The notes under the pieces are model-generated. The model was not told where the DNA came from, searched no databases, and saw nothing but the letters and a program-made list of their open reading frames with translations. The translations under genes were made by a program, and so were the position numbers. Of a stretch of DNA of 64,000 nucleotides, positions 39,972 to 53,973 are shown one piece after another. Positions within the stretch are counted from its first letter, which is position 1. Every line of letters starts with the position of its first letter. Source of the stretch: Tubiluchus corallicola (Eukaryota; Animalia; Priapulida); NCBI GenBank assembly GCA_030141605.1, contig JAQGDQ010000194.1, positions 248,001-312,000 of the forward strand, read 5' to 3'.

Positions 39972-40100
39972 ACCCTATTTCGCACTTTGCACTTTTGAAA
40001 TCACACTTTATAGTTTTGAAATCACATTTAGCACTTTTGAAGTTACATTTAGCACTTTTGACTTCACACCTTGCCTTTTTTTTAAATCACACTTTGCACT
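39972..40100. repeat. 21-bp minisatellite, about 6 degenerate copies
   Basis: Unit cacatttagcacttttgaaat; explains the spurious ORFs 39959 and 40008. Confidence 0.85.
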
Positions 40101-40368
40101 CTTCATTTCAAATTTCCATTTCTGAAATTGAACTGGTGTAATGCATCTGATGACAGTCACGAAACTAGTGACTGGGTAATTTTTGCCATTTGGCCACATA
40201 AGAATGGTCATCTGACCTTAAATCATGGGTGTTATCATATAGTTACTGACTAAAAAATTGCAGATGCAAGGTGTACCTTTACAACAAGTGCCTTATATAG
40301 TAAGTATTTCTTTTCTTTCAGTCAAATTTGGGAACGTAATTCAACATCACAAAAATGATTATTAATAC

Positions 40369-40533
40369 CTGTTAGTTTAGTATGGGAACATACAGAACCA
40401 CATTTAGTAAATCTACAGCATTTTTCATGTACATCTGGGCAATCACCATCAGTCGAACATGACAGATCTGGAGGAGGGCATTCCTTCCCCTTTCCTTCAA
40501 AATATGTAGTATCTGGGCAGGCACCGATTTTGA
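40369..40533 (-). CDS. Exon 7: WAP (four-disulfide core) domain
   Basis: ttttgaaaAG / GTATTA, 165 nt, phase 1-1; KIGACP...ECPPPDLSCSTDGDCPDVHEKCCRFTKCGSVC (8 Cys); absent from the ORF track. Confidence 0.9.
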
Positions 40534-41021
40534 CTTTTCAAAAGAAAAAATAACAACAGTTACTTAATTAAATGCAGCAGCAGAATTATGTAGAAGACAT
40601 GCTAACATTCGTGGCATTAAGGCAGAAGAATAGCCAAGTAGTCAAGATGTCTGCTTAGCAAAAAAGTTAAGCAAGCCAGGGGCAGTCAGTAATTGGACCT
40701 TGGGTGACCACAAGAACAACTGCTTCTTATGAATGTTTGGCCAGAGCTGAGAATGGGTCACCAAGTGTGGAGGATCATACCCTTCACTCTAAGATATCAT
40801 GATCCAGATACACTCTGACACATAACCTTGACCCACCAACAATAAACTGATTTTTTCTGACAGCGCTGACCCACACTGACCCAGATTTGATTACACTCTG
40901 CAGGAGCCATCTACAGAAAAAGCTTTTAAAAAACTGCATTTTCCTAAACAGTGTACACAGGTGCTGTGTCTCCTGTGAATGCTACCACTCTAACAAAGGA
41001 AATTTATTGTTATTAGAACAC

Positions 41022-41251
41022 TTTAGATAAACACTCATTTTATTATACTGCCACTTCATTTTTTTTGTATTCATATTGTATTCATAAAATTAGTATGGTT
41101 TAGATAAACACTCATTTTATTATACTGCCACTTCAGTTTTTTTGTATTCATATTGTAATCATAAAATTAGTATGGTTTAGATAAACACTCATTTTATTAT
41201 ACTGCCACTTCATTTTTTTGTATTCATATTGTATTCATAAAATTAGTATGG
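41022..41251. repeat. Tandem repeat, ~77-bp unit x3
   Basis: tttagataaacactcattttattatactgccacttca...aaattagtatgg three times, near identical. Confidence 0.95.
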
Positions 41252-42249
41252 CTTTCTATAGAGAGTTCTATAATGATCCTGAAGAAAGGAAAAAAAGAAG
41301 AGTAATATTTTTACTTAGGTCACTCAGGCCTGAATTTACACACAAACACACACGCACGCACGCACGCACACACGCACACACACACACACACACATGGACC
41401 CATTTTCAGCTGTTATTTACTTGGCGAAATGCCGCATATACACTGGAATGTGGTTAGAAATATATCTGCTGGTTTAGTATTTCATTTAAAAGATTATCGT
41501 AGATACTGATCATGCTAAAACTATTATCGTAATCAGTAGGACCTGCCAGCAAATCTATACTAATATGGGGTACAAAAAAAATTAAATTTTAATACAAATT
41601 TAAAATGCAAAGAAACGTGTCCAGCATTCAAAGAAGTTAAATCATCTTATTTTTTGATATCTGGTCAAAATAAACCAAACAAGCAAATCACTTGATAAAC
41701 ATAAAATTATAAACATTTAATAATTTTTGCAAATTTAAATAATTTTACAATTTAATAATTTAGCATTATGCACCTAGAAAAAGGTGCCAACTGTAACAAA
41801 GTCCTTTTGTTTTTTCTTATTATTCTGAAAATAAATTAATGTTGATTTGACAACAAACACCGGCCTAAGTAGTATTAACTGAAATTGTTTTAATAACACT
41901 TATGGTTTATGCATATAGTTTAGGGTTTTCTCCTAGTTTTTGGTTGTCTTAGCATGATCAGGTTTTCATGAAAAATAAATCTTGACAAATTATCTCAACA
42001 TGTACAACATGTTAGTGCACTTTTATAGCCTATAATATATTAAAGACAAACTTATAGGAGCTTTGCTAATTATTTTTATTTGCCTAATTTTTGCCTTTTT
42101 AATGATATTCAATACCTTGTTAATAACAATTATTATCATTTAAATTACTACTTATTATTTATAAAACTGCTTGATAAAGGGGGTTCTCAAGACATTTGCA
42201 AAAGTATTACTGAATTGGTACAGCAAACTTACCGGTTGAGTTAAATGGG

Positions 42250-42960
42250 AAAATCTGCATAGTGGCCAATTGTATGAAAACAGATGTCAGGCAAGGAGAC
42301 GTATTATAACCTATTTTATATACTATATATACATATATATGGATGACCTTATACGCCAATCGTATTAGGCTAGTTGTGGCAGAATATTTTACAGGCAGTC
42401 ATGCATGCTGATGACATTGCCTTGCTGTCAAGATCATGTAAACACTTAGGTGATATGTGAATCAGTGAAACGTGTATAGGATGGAGTATCTCATTTAACC
42501 CTAACAAAGAATGGCTTCTTTACTTTGGCAAAAGCTTTACTGGTGGGGATGTAGTCCATTTCAGTGGCAAACAAACAGCTGATTGGGAAGCAGACAGTTA
42601 TGTAAGTGGATTGAGATACTGTGAGCAGTGACAGTTTTTCTATTGATGTTTCAAGGTTAAAAAGGAAATTTATTGGTTCAGCGAATCGAGTGTGTAACAC
42701 AGTTGTAATAATATAGTAGCTAAGATTCCAATCAATAAGTATTGTCTACCAATTTTTGATATACGGATTTGAGATTGGCAATATATCAAACAACGAAGTT
42801 AACGCCTTCAGGGCAAAGTGGAACTTATAGAAAAATATTCAGTTTTCGACAAAATCAAAGAGTCAAATTGTTAATGTACTTTCGCAGAACAATGCCAGTT
42901 ATTTAACACATAGCTGTGAATTAAAGTTTTTGACAAAAATTGCAAAGTCTAGAATGTTGA
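42250..42960 (+). mobile_element. Degraded LINE RT fragment
   Basis: VRQG and HADDIALL motifs at ~42285-42425. Confidence 0.55.
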
Positions 42961-45041
42961 GAATTCTGAAGCTATGGTACTGTGTCAATAGCATACAAAT
43001 AAATTTAAGATTAAAATTCTACTGTACTGGAAAGCTAAACAAAAATGTAAAGTTAATGGTAAAAAACTCATTTAAAACATAAGCTTTAAGATTCTTGCAA
43101 CACCATATATTGTAATACAGTTACAGTAGTATTAAAATGAATATGAATATTACATAGTTGAGTTTCTGTGTATGTTATTTTACCAACATCTCATTATCCA
43201 TTTTACTAACATCCTGCTGTCTTTGTAGGATGTGTATCTTTATAAGAAATAAAGAAATGATAATAATAATTATTATTATATAACCACTATACACCTCCCA
43301 CGTAAAATGGAAACATAGAAAAGGTGCAAATGAAATTGACTAGATAGAAGCAGTCTTTCTGGCGGCCATCCAGTTCGGGTCTGAGCTCTCAATTACTGCT
43401 GCCAAGCACACATTACGATCACTCAGCCATTCTACAACCATATTATCTACTAGGGGTAAAACTTGGGGACTTCAACAAAGCTTAGTTTTAGGGGGATCCT
43501 GTATAGTGATTGTAGCCAAGAAGCGGTACCAAAGAACAAGTCTCTCAGTAAAATTTAAAAAAGTGGATATTGTTCTGATGATTGGAATCCTGAATTTGCA
43601 AGATACTGTTCCGATCATCGGAACCCGTGAACTTCGCTACGCACAATTCAAATAATCAAAAACTTGATAATCTTCCCATAACCAGGATTAGAGCTAAACT
43701 ATACATGCAGTACTCGAATGACCTTCCACTTGAACGGGCACCAACACCAAAAGTGCTCATAGCACTTTTATTTGGAACAGTCAACAGAAAATGCTGCTGC
43801 CCAACCTATGTATGCACAAATCATCGGCATACATTTTGACAAGAGAGCCAATGGGTATAGATTTTCTAAAACTTAAAATAATGTCTGGTGTGAAAACATT
43901 TGATATTTGTGCAGTTTTACACCAGCTTTGCTGATAGCTAACAAAGCATAGTAAAGCGCTACTTAAACCAACCACACCCCTCTCCAGAAGTAGAAGTGCT
44001 GGTCTGCTGTTACAAACAGTGAGGTGTCGCTGGAAAAAAATTGCCTGAGAACAAAACATTGAGAAATGGGTGAGAAGTTGTGGGTTTCGTTATTTTAGAA
44101 AATATCTTTTAGAAGATAAGACGGTATCTTCTATTTTAGAGAATATATTTTAGAAGATACGATAAAACACAGTGAAAACCATAAAGGACTCATGTAAAGA
44201 GAGAAAAAATGTAAATTTAATTCAGATTTTAGCTTATTTAGAACTCTCAAAATTAACTCAACAGTATTTATCTAAACCACTAGCATAAGCCATAGCATAT
44301 ATATGTCAAGCTAATAATTACAGAAATGCTCGATTTACTGAAAAGTTTGTTTCAGCTTTAAAGAACACAAAAATTGAGTTACATTTTTTACAAAGTTTCC
44401 TGAAAGTTAGTTGCTACAAAGTTTTAACATTAACTACATTAAAATGCTTATCTGCACCCAAAAGAGAATATTTTGCTCTATCGAAAATTTGATTTTATGA
44501 AAAGCTATTGAGACACACTTGTTCCTCGTCGAAAACATGCTTAGTCAGCATTATTATTTTATATTGCAACATAGTTCTTTGTTTATCAGCTGTTCAGGCA
44601 CCTTCGGTACAGTAACAATAGCAGTCTAGTTAGGCTCGATTTTTGTTGCAAGCTGCAGAGCTGGAATTATGTTGCTAGGTCCCGTCTGCACGAATTTTTC
44701 TGAATTAAAAATTTCATTTTTTATTTTTTTTTTAATTCATCCTATTCTGCTAGATATCTGCTACACTAAGTTTTTGGGGGTATGTCTAGTGGTATGGTTT
44801 GGAAAACTTTGTATAATCCCATTTGTGATTATCGGAAATTTATCCTTCGGAAATGTGATTGCTATCATCGGAATAATAGCTCTCGGAAACACAGTTCTGA
44901 TCATCGGAACAATATCCACTTCCAAAATTTAATTATTTTTCTTTATTTATCTGTTTTTCTACTACAACATCGTTTAATAAAATGTCAACTAGTAGTAATT
45001 TCAACGTTTATGTAAACGTAAATTGAAATTCTAAAAATTAC

Positions 45042-45191
45042 CTAAACAGAATGAATCATCTGCTTTTTTTAAAAGTACCCTTCCACTTTTCGATGCACAT
45101 TCTAATAAGCACAAATTATCATATCTGCGTCTGTCAGTTCCACAAACTGGATCCTTTGTTTCAGGACACTTACATAAATACTTTTCCTTCT
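45042..45191 (-). CDS. Exon 6: Kazal domain (subtype A)
   Basis: gattttAG / GTAATT, 150 nt, phase 1-1; CKCPETKDPVCGTDRRRYDNLCLLECASKSGRVLLKKADDSFC. Confidence 0.92.
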
Positions 45192-45959
45192 CTAAAATCA
45201 AGAAAACAAAGAAAACTTTAGTACAAGTCAAAGAATAAAAACAGTGATCACTCATATTTAAAATTTCCCAATCAATGCTAGGCACAATATTTAGCACCTG
45301 CTTATATTGTATTGTAGTGGCAGCGTAGCTGTGACGGAAGCCGACTTGCAATTTATAATGCATGATTTAGTTTTTCCCGGGACAGATATAACTATCCATC
45401 TACCTACACATAACTGGGATAGATACTTGTAGATTCGTGCTGTATGAATGAAATCGCTCAAATGATGTGAGACAAATACGTGAGACAAATACATAACAGA
45501 TTAAATGGCAACATTTCACCAGATCAAGCTGCATATAGGGAGAGACAAAACACTACTGAACTTGAAATGCATGCAGAAATTAAAATTACAAACTTGTATT
45601 CCATTTTTTCAGATTTTGTATTTTTATCAGTGCTCAAAACATTAATAGAACTTTTAAAACTCACTCTTCAATTATAATGGAGTCAGCTTTATTATACCTT
45701 AAACACGTGTATACCACAATCTTTAACAGAACAATTATACCAAGCATTGATATACTAAAAAGTTATTTCATCGATAGCACTTATCTGTGCTAGATAAGTG
45801 TCACAGAACTTGATGTGGAAAGGTTCGCATACTTAAAGAGAGGTAATAAGTGTTGCCTTAAAAATCTGAACAGAAAAGGAAAACTTATTATGTCACAGGA
45901 TACAAACACAAATTTGAAAAAAATTGGCGAGTCTAAGAAGTAAATACAGTTAATAATAA

Positions 45960-48000
45960 TCAAAGAGCTAAAACTGCTAAATGCGAAGGTAAGCAAATCT
46001 TCAAGACCCTCACAAAGCGCTTGAAGGGCTCACGAGCCTCACCTATCATAAAGTCATTTGAACAGCCAATCGCAGCTCGCCAGAGAATCTTGTGTTGCAA
46101 GAGGAGAGATGTGCCTCGGTTGGGAAGTAATAAACAATGCCCAGAAGATTATTACTGAGCTGGAAGAAGAGTTCAGAAACTTGAATGCTTGTTTTAAAAA
46201 TGTATCTAAACTAGCCAAAAATGAAAGCGAGTTGCCCCCTGCGTGATTTGAATCGACGGAGGTGAATTTTATGATGATTGTAAGTGAACGTAGGCCAGTT
46301 AAGAGCGGCCAAAAATAAAAATCGATATTTGAGGAATCGCGCAGTTTGTTGATTACCCAATAGTCGGGCACATTGACGCAAGCGACGAGTCACGATTATC
46401 GCAGAGGCGATCAATCAAGGCTCAATTAACAGTGGTACAGGCAGAGTCTTTTGCTTTTGATGCAAAAATATGCATCAAGTTTTAAACAGAAGAATGAGAA
46501 GCTAAGCTTCACATTGAACAGGCTAAGTTTAGCACCAAACGTAAAGCAGAACAAGCTAAATTGGTGAGGCTAAATTTAAGGTGGAAACTGATGCAGTATT
46601 AAAACGATTAGCGAATGAAGTAGCAGTAAAGACCATATGTGAAAATGCACAAAATGTGGAATTATTCAGTAAAGAAGTTTCAGATCATGAACTAATGCCA
46701 GTCAGTTCACAAGTGCAAACATGGTTAGTTATTTGCCTCAGTATGTCACACCTATAAACCCAGGGCCATCTGGTATATCTAATACAGTGCCAACTTGAAT
46801 ACTATATCACGAGTACATGAATACTATACCGAATACAGTGTGTAGACAGGTGTCCCCTAACTACAGTTACACCTGTTTGTAACACAATACTGGCAAGAGC
46901 AAATGATATGGCTAGTGCTTCAACCCCATTTGTCTTAAACTCAAATAGTAGAGCACCTAGGGTTATGCCTCATGCCCAGTTTTTATTGAATAAGACAACA
47001 GATGGTCTGATGAGTAATCAGATGGGTGAGCCCATGTATTTTGATCAGCAATCTACACCATATGCATTGTACAGTTCTCCCATCTGACCATCATAGCATC
47101 TAAATGCGTCTTTTGAATTAAAGCAGGAAAGAGATGATAATTTGAATAATTCTCTATCAAAACATTTAATTGCTAGTCGTTTGCCATCACCACAGTCGAA
47201 AGTATTCGAGGATAATCCCATGGATTACCATAAATGGAAAACCGCCTTTGATGCACTGACAGCTGATCAATCTTTACCAGATAACCAAAAGCTACACTAT
47301 TTGAATCAGTATTTGGGCGGCACTGCTAAAGAATATTGTAAAAGGGTTATTACTCTTAGGAGGAGATAATGCATATAGGCAAGCGAGGAGAATATTGGAC
47401 CAGAGATTTGGTGACTCAGCTAGTATGATTGAAGCCTTTCGTAGAAAATTGGAATCCTTTCCCAAAGTACACCCTAAAAAACCTGGTTTATTGCAAAGGT
47501 ATGCAGACTTATTTAACAACTGTGCTGCAACTATGCACTCTATGAGTGGACTCAAAATCTTGAACGAATCTTTGTAGAGAAAGATATCCTGGTAGTTTTC
47601 TGACCTTCAAAGAGTTTGCAAGCTTCGTGACTAGAGAAGCGAAAATAAAAAATGATGCCCTATAACTTCTACTCCGCCACTTGAGATGAACATAGATGTA
47701 CGTATAGGGGTGCAATAGTCCATTTAAGCACTTTGGAAGAGAAGAAGAGAACTTGTTTATGGTACTGTGGTTCACGAGCTCAGCTGGTGTAGGTCTTTCC
47801 AAAGAGAACCCTTTGGTAAAAGGGATAGATCTGATGGAGAACAATCTTTGTTGGGATATCTGCATAAGGTACATAAAGCAAGTGCTTGTAAGAACCGAAA
47901 GAGATGTCGTATGTGCTTACAGAGTTCCCGTGAGCTCTTCACCAATGATCAGACAAATGTAAACCATAAAGTTTACCAGTAAACCATAAAGGTCGAGGGT
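45960..48000 (+). mobile_element. Bel/Pao LTR retrotransposon gag remnant
   Basis: RLPSPQSKVFEDNPMDYHKWKTAF...KLHYLNQYLGGTAKE, LDQRFGD...AFRRKLESFPKV (DUF1759-like) and a decayed Cys/His knuckle (LCW...HKASAC...CRMC); pol and LTRs not seen. Confidence 0.8.
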
Positions 48001-48559
48001 AACTCTTTAATCTTGGAGAAGGCCGAAGCCTCAACTAGCTCTCCCACAAATTTCACAGTTAAGATACAAGCGCTTTTGCCCATTGCATGGATCCGACTTG
48101 TGGTTTTTAAATATGCTGCTCAGCTGATAAACAGCTTACTATAAGTTGTTGGGGCTTATGTTATAAGTTGCTATTGTAAGAAGATGTGTGTCATTTCACT
48201 CTGTGTTTAATGACCTGTTGCGTTCATCAAATCGGACTGAAGAAAGGTTTTTTGACAGTAGCATTATCGGGATTTTAAGTTCTGGATGATACAAAGTTTG
48301 TTCATGAAAAGTTTGTCTGGTTGTAATAATCAACAAGTTCACAAAGTTTTTGTTTAAAACTGATAAATCGCGACTTGGCCATTTTGAATACAGGCACAGA
48401 CATGAGCAAAGATACAAATCTGCACAAACTCCACGCTTTATCTACAGTTACCTTAAACACAGCACTATATAGAATGAATTACTGCAGTACTTGTCTTGAC
48501 AAAAAACTAAGCTAGAAAAGAACACTGTATTATGCAATTAAATCAATGTATGGGCACAA

Positions 48560-49340
48560 ACAATGTGTTCTTAAATTTAATGGGCATTTTTCTAAAAAGC
48601 TGCAGACTTTTCTCAGAAGCTGTAGGTGTAAATGTGCTTTAAGTAACTTTAGAAAAGTGGGCATGGCCTTGGATAGTGGGGATTTCTATCAAAAACTCCA
48701 GAAGTACAGGAGCTACCATCACAAAACTTGCAGGGTAGGCACTTAATATAGGTAACCACAAAATGGTACAGGAATGGTGACCTTTGGGTAAAAAGACACA
48801 ATAGCCGAACGTGAAAACTAGAGTAAATGGTTTTGTCACTCAACCAAATTGGGTCATAACTTACACTATTGGAACAGAAGTCGCAGCCACGTATGGGTCG
48901 GCAGTTGAGCATAGATGTGAACAAAGAATTTGTCAAAAAGTGGGCATGGCCAAGTCATGTGATAGGCAAAAGTGTTAAAATGGGGTTTTGGCATTAACAC
49001 CATACGTGTAATGGCTAGTATCACGGAACTTGTAGGGTACCTGACAGAGGCAGTCACAAAGTGGTATGGGATGGTAACCTCTGGGTCAAAAATCACAGCA
49101 GCAGAATCACTGGGCCAGAATTTAAAAATTAAAGCGAATGGTTTTATCTCTCTGTTCCACTTACAGTGTTTGGCTAGAAACCTATGTTTTTGAATGTATT
49201 GGTCAGTTGGTAAGGATAGATAAATGTGCATTAGGTATTTTTCCTAGGCACACAAAAAGTGGGTAGGCCAGCTCAAGTGGAGAAGGAAAATAGTGTTAAC
49301 ATGGGTTGCAATACAATGTCTTTCCCAGGCAATCAAGAGT
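48560..49340. repeat. Unclassified interspersed repeat with internal ~290-bp subrepeats
   Basis: aaaagtgggcatggcc-like motif at ~48653, 48936, 49255; gcta..atcac..aactt.aggg twice; related motif at ~51450 and ~40150. Confidence 0.55.
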
Positions 49341-49682
49341 GAAGATTCAGCAATAGCAAAATTATGATTTTGAGACAAAGATAGTAAAGATGTTTCACAG
49401 TCAGCACTTTTGCAGTTTTGGTCATAATGCAGGAACTTAAGTTTAAGACTTTGTCATAAACATAGGTCTAGTTTCCATTTAATTTTTAGCAAAATTTGTC
49501 TGCATACGTAGAAAATAATGTCAAGCGATTTTATAAATGGGCCAAAGAGACAGAAGAAAATGAATATGATGAGAATACTAACTAACTTCGGAGAAATGCG
49601 AAGATATGTATCATTACAGTTAACATCAATTGATTTTAATTACTTATCATAAAGGTTTACACATAGCAAGACAAACACTTAC

Positions 49683-49868
49683 TTGACATAGAGTCCACAG
49701 AACAACAATATGAATATGCTTGGTCGGGAAGAGGCATACATGCATATCCAAATGGACATGACATATCCATCGGATCATTCGTTGAACAAGTCTCCAACTG
49801 AAGATGATGCTGTTTTGTAATGTTGCGAATTGGCGATCCTAGATATGGTTTACAAGGATTCTTGGAAA
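49683..49868 (-). CDS. Exon 5: lustrin/WR1-like cysteine-rich repeat
   Basis: catttcAG / GTAAGT, 186 nt, phase 1-1; NPCKPYLGSP...TCSTNDPMDMSCPFGYACMPLPDQAYSYCCS; absent from the ORF track. Confidence 0.88.
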
Positions 49869-51745
49869 CTGAAATGTGCTCTACGAAAAATCAATATAAT
49901 TCCTTAGAAATGAACAGTGCCACACAAAATAGACTTCAAAATATAACAGCAAACACGAAAACATTTGGTGTTTATAGGTTTGTACATTTTTTTTACAACT
50001 TTGAACGACTAGCAGTTACAACACACATTATTACTCACTAACCTATTGACATATTCCAAAGAAGTAATTTAATAAATACTGCTGACTTTCTCTGCATCAC
50101 AAATATCAGACACCATTGCTGTTCATAATTACACAAACTATCTCGATGTCTTACTAAACTAGTTTTTATCACTTATATTGCTGCGCAACGTGTCCAAATG
50201 CATATCTGCTTAGTTTTGTGCCGACTTTCCATCAGGTGCCACAATATTGAGTTTCAAATAAATATAGTAAATGTCCTGTACTATGCTAGCTCTACACGTA
50301 TATTATGCCATAAACATTACAAATTTCTCAGTTTAACAGGTAATGCAAAGCAGCCTGACGACCTACAGTACAATATAGCTAGATCTGTTGCTTTGCAGAT
50401 GTTTAAGTCTCCCGATTACCCTAAACAAGCCTGAATTGGTTTGCATTTATACAGGTGTTTCTAAAGAAACAGTGCATTAAAGCATTTGTCCAATGTTTGC
50501 GACATATTTCTAATCGAATGTAAGAAAAAACAAATATGATAGATTATTGGAAATTTGCAGATCACCCTATGTAATATAAAGTAATCATGTTTAACTCCTT
50601 CAAGACTGCAACACTCAAAATACGTCTCATAAGACCTATGACTTTTCTACCACTGCATAAGCACAAATATAATTAAATGATTATAAATTAGGTACAGTTC
50701 AATTCAGGAGAATCTCGGCTATCCAATCATGCTATTTAATTGGTTAAAATTGAGAAAAACACCCACTATACCCCAACTTAGCCTATCGAGTAACTTACTG
50801 TGTGATTTACACGTGAGCTATCACATACAATGTTTTGTTAATTGTCTGCTTGCTGAAGCGCAAGATGACTGAATCTTTAGATTATGAAACACTTTGTCAC
50901 CTAAAGAATTTATGGTGCATTTATGCATTTTTTTACTATTTATTTCTGAGTTTTACTGCTTCTATGTATATGGTTTCAAATAACAGTTTCTCCACTATGG
51001 TACGATAGGCCTAAATATCTTCTCTTCTAAGTAGAGCACATAATTGCATATATGCCTCACACATTTAGTATTGCAATCGCATGCTCAAAGCACAAAGCTG
51101 TTTAGCCATTTTGCAGTATTTTACTGCTATTTTTAAACTATGGACTTTCTTAGTTCCCTCACTTCTACAACATAGATAACACAGCTGTATGGCAGAATAT
51201 GTATGTGATGTTACCACCCATTGGCACATATTATAATTAAGATTCTGCTTACAGAATCTTCTTCATTTACCCGAGGTTTTTAATATTCTTAATTTATTAA
51301 GATTCTGTTTAAAGCTGAATCTTTTTGATTTCCCCAGGTTTTTATTCTTTATTTATTTATTATTATTATTATTATTGCTTATTATTATTATTATTATTAA
51401 TATTATTATATGGGACATTTTGTTTCCTTAATAACTCGCACACATACAGGGCTAGTGTCACGAAACTCACAGGACACACTCCCCAGGTAGGAGGATTTAT
51501 ATTAATACGTGACCCGTCACCCTTGGGTCAAAGGTCGTATAGTGAGCAGGGCTACATTTTTCAAGCTAGGCTCATCTAATTATTAGCATTCAATTTGTTT
51601 TTTTGAAAGGTCTCAAAGAAACAAATTGAATGCTAATAATTACTCAGTGATTGGTTGATCTCTGACCCCAGTAGGGGACAAAAACCAAAAAATGGAGATC
51701 TAGAACAGAAATGCATCGAGTATCTACGAATAGTACCATGTAGCA

Positions 51746-52763
51746 CAGGGGTGTGCAAATTGCGGCCCACCGAGAGATCTTGTGCGGCCCGCGAAGAGGT
51801 TTGTCAATGTAATGAAAGTGCGGCCCTCGCGATCCAGCTGAAATCTGCGCCACTATCGCAAAGATAGTGCGGGTAGTTTTTTCCTCTATATCGGATGGCA
51901 TTAACCCTTGCAAGACTATTGTCACTGTCGGACATGACAAAATTTAACGTTGCTCACTTGGAACACAAAAAAACTATGTAATCGCAGAACACAGCAAACT
52001 ATCAAGGAAGCCGCCATTCAAATGCTCAAATGTGCAAGAAATGCGAGAAGCAATCTGATTGGCTGGTAGGAAGACCAATTAGCCAATCTCCAGGCTTCTA
52101 TTATCGGGCCTGTTGACCTGTCCAGTCATCTTCTTAGTCATAGCAGGTAGATCATTTTGACTTGGCTATTTCACAAAATAAATTATAAATAAATAAATTA
52201 TGACAAAGTGTAAAATAAACAAGTCAAAATGATCTGCCTACTATGACCAAGAAGATGACTGGGCAGACCAATTTGTAAGTAGCCAGCAAGCTGAAAAAGT
52301 GTGGTCACCCCTGATATAGGGGGATTCCCAGATTTTAGTTTCAGCTTAGGCTCAGTAGTACATGTCTCAATCAGTGACTGTTTCATCGTTTCATCAGACG
52401 TAGTGTTCTTACAGATCAGAATCATGGATAAGGAAAAGAGGAAGATTGAAGAAGAACAGCGAGTCAAAACATTGATATGCACTGTACTACTCAGACTGTG
52501 TGATACACATTACTAATATGCATCGTAATAAAATTACCACTATCTGTCGTGAAAGTAGAAATATATGGTTATATTAATATAAATTTTAATAACTTCTAAA
52601 ATAGTTTCTTGAGTGTAGTAGTAATGATGTACGCAGGTCGGATGCAAAAAAATCGTTATTAGGTCCTACTGTACTTGGCTCCTTGACCAAACTGTATGAG
52701 GCCCACAGAAATTGCGGGAAAGTTTAATGTGGCCCGGTTAGTCAGATAATTTGCACACCCCTG
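51746..52763. mobile_element. hAT-family (Charlie-like) MITE, 1018 bp
   Basis: TIR CAGGGGTGTGCAAATT at both ends; 8-bp TSD ATGTAGCA (51738-51745, 52764-52771); subterminal GCGGCCC motifs. Confidence 0.93.
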
Positions 52764-53272
52764 ATGTAGCATATTAAATGAAATGCCTCAATGAGACGCA
52801 TCGAATGGCATAGGATACGATGAGAATGGTTAACCTGCGACCCCACTTGACATGGGTCGAAGAGACAAATGCCTTCTAGTATCAACCGAAACTAGGGTTG
52901 TATTATCAAATGAAATGTCTCAAAGAGACAAATTGGATGGTATGAGTTATACTGGGATTGGCTGACCCTGATCTGTGGGTCATCTTGAATGCTGAAAGTT
53001 GCAATTCCATTGCATTGTTCCTATGTAGTTGCTATGTAATCAAGCAACAATCCAAATTCAATAAAATCTAAATTATAATTTTCAAACGAAAGGTTAGCAT
53101 CTTTACTGTAAAGCCCCCAATTCTGTAACTACTGAATGCAAAATCTTCAGTTTTTGACCACATCAAAAACATTGCCAACTAGTTATTTATTATTGTTCTC
53201 CACTATGACACTAAATAACTCCCAAGCCATAATAATTAGTACAAAAAATACCTTGCAAGGTACCATCCTGGA

Positions 53273-53824
53273 TTAACCCTTCCGCTATGGAAGGCAGCAC
53301 GCTGCCTTCCGTTTTTTTTGTAAGGGGCAGAATCCAGGCGACTGCTGCCCGTACTCAGCACTAAACGCATTTACTCGGACGTGTTTATTTCGCTGGTACC
53401 CCCACGTGAAAATGTGTGTGTTTGAAATCGCCTTGCAACAAGTAATGCTAACCAGTCAATAAACATCTGAAGCCAGGTGCATTCTACAATACTGTACAGT
53501 ACTTCACTTTCTCATGCAAAATCACTATGAAATGTATGTTTAGTCACTTGTTCTGCATTCTGATAAAATGATTGAATATTATGAATTAGTAATATGACTA
53601 TTGTAAAAATTGGTTTCTAAATATTAGTACATGCTTATTTGTGTAGGTGTGCACGTGCGTGTATATGTGCACATAAAACTAATTTCAATATTAGTGTTTA
53701 ATAAAAAAAGACTATTTGTTTATTTACAAGATTCTGTTATAGCAACACACCACAAGGTGTTATTGTCAAATGTAAAAAAACAATGAAGCCCTGTTAGAAA
53801 GCAGCTACGTAGTGAAAGAGCTAA
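53273..53824. mobile_element. Possible piggyBac-derived MITE (old)
   Basis: TTAA-CCCTTCCGCTA left end; degenerate TAGTGAAAGAGCTAA right end. Confidence 0.4.
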
Positions 53825-53973
53825 AGGCTGAAGCAATGGTACAGTGATTTTGAACTGGTCAAGGGCAGTAAACATCAGTCACTTTTCTTAACTGTTAACT
53901 TACTGATATCAAAAATTATTAAATCATTCCATTATCATTTTAGGGTGCAAAAGTAATAATAACATCCAGTTAC

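Noticed and set aside
40148-40171. CTGATGA...GAAA resembling a minimal hammerhead ribozyme
   Set aside because: Stem II cannot close (C/C); the stretch is a CAGTCAC/GTGACTG palindrome within a repeat family also seen at ~49015 and ~51450
41022-41251. Regular repeats that might suggest a CRISPR array
   Set aside because: Head-to-tail units with no unique spacers, eukaryotic context, no cas genes
42233-42254. Possible 22-nt micro-exon (CAG...GTAAGT on minus) between KazalA and WAP exons
   Set aside because: Length not a multiple of 3, gives a stop in phase 1, and abuts a LINE fragment
44780-44915. ORFs 44669 and 44782
   Set aside because: Generated by degenerate ATCATCGGAA-type short repeats; no coding signal
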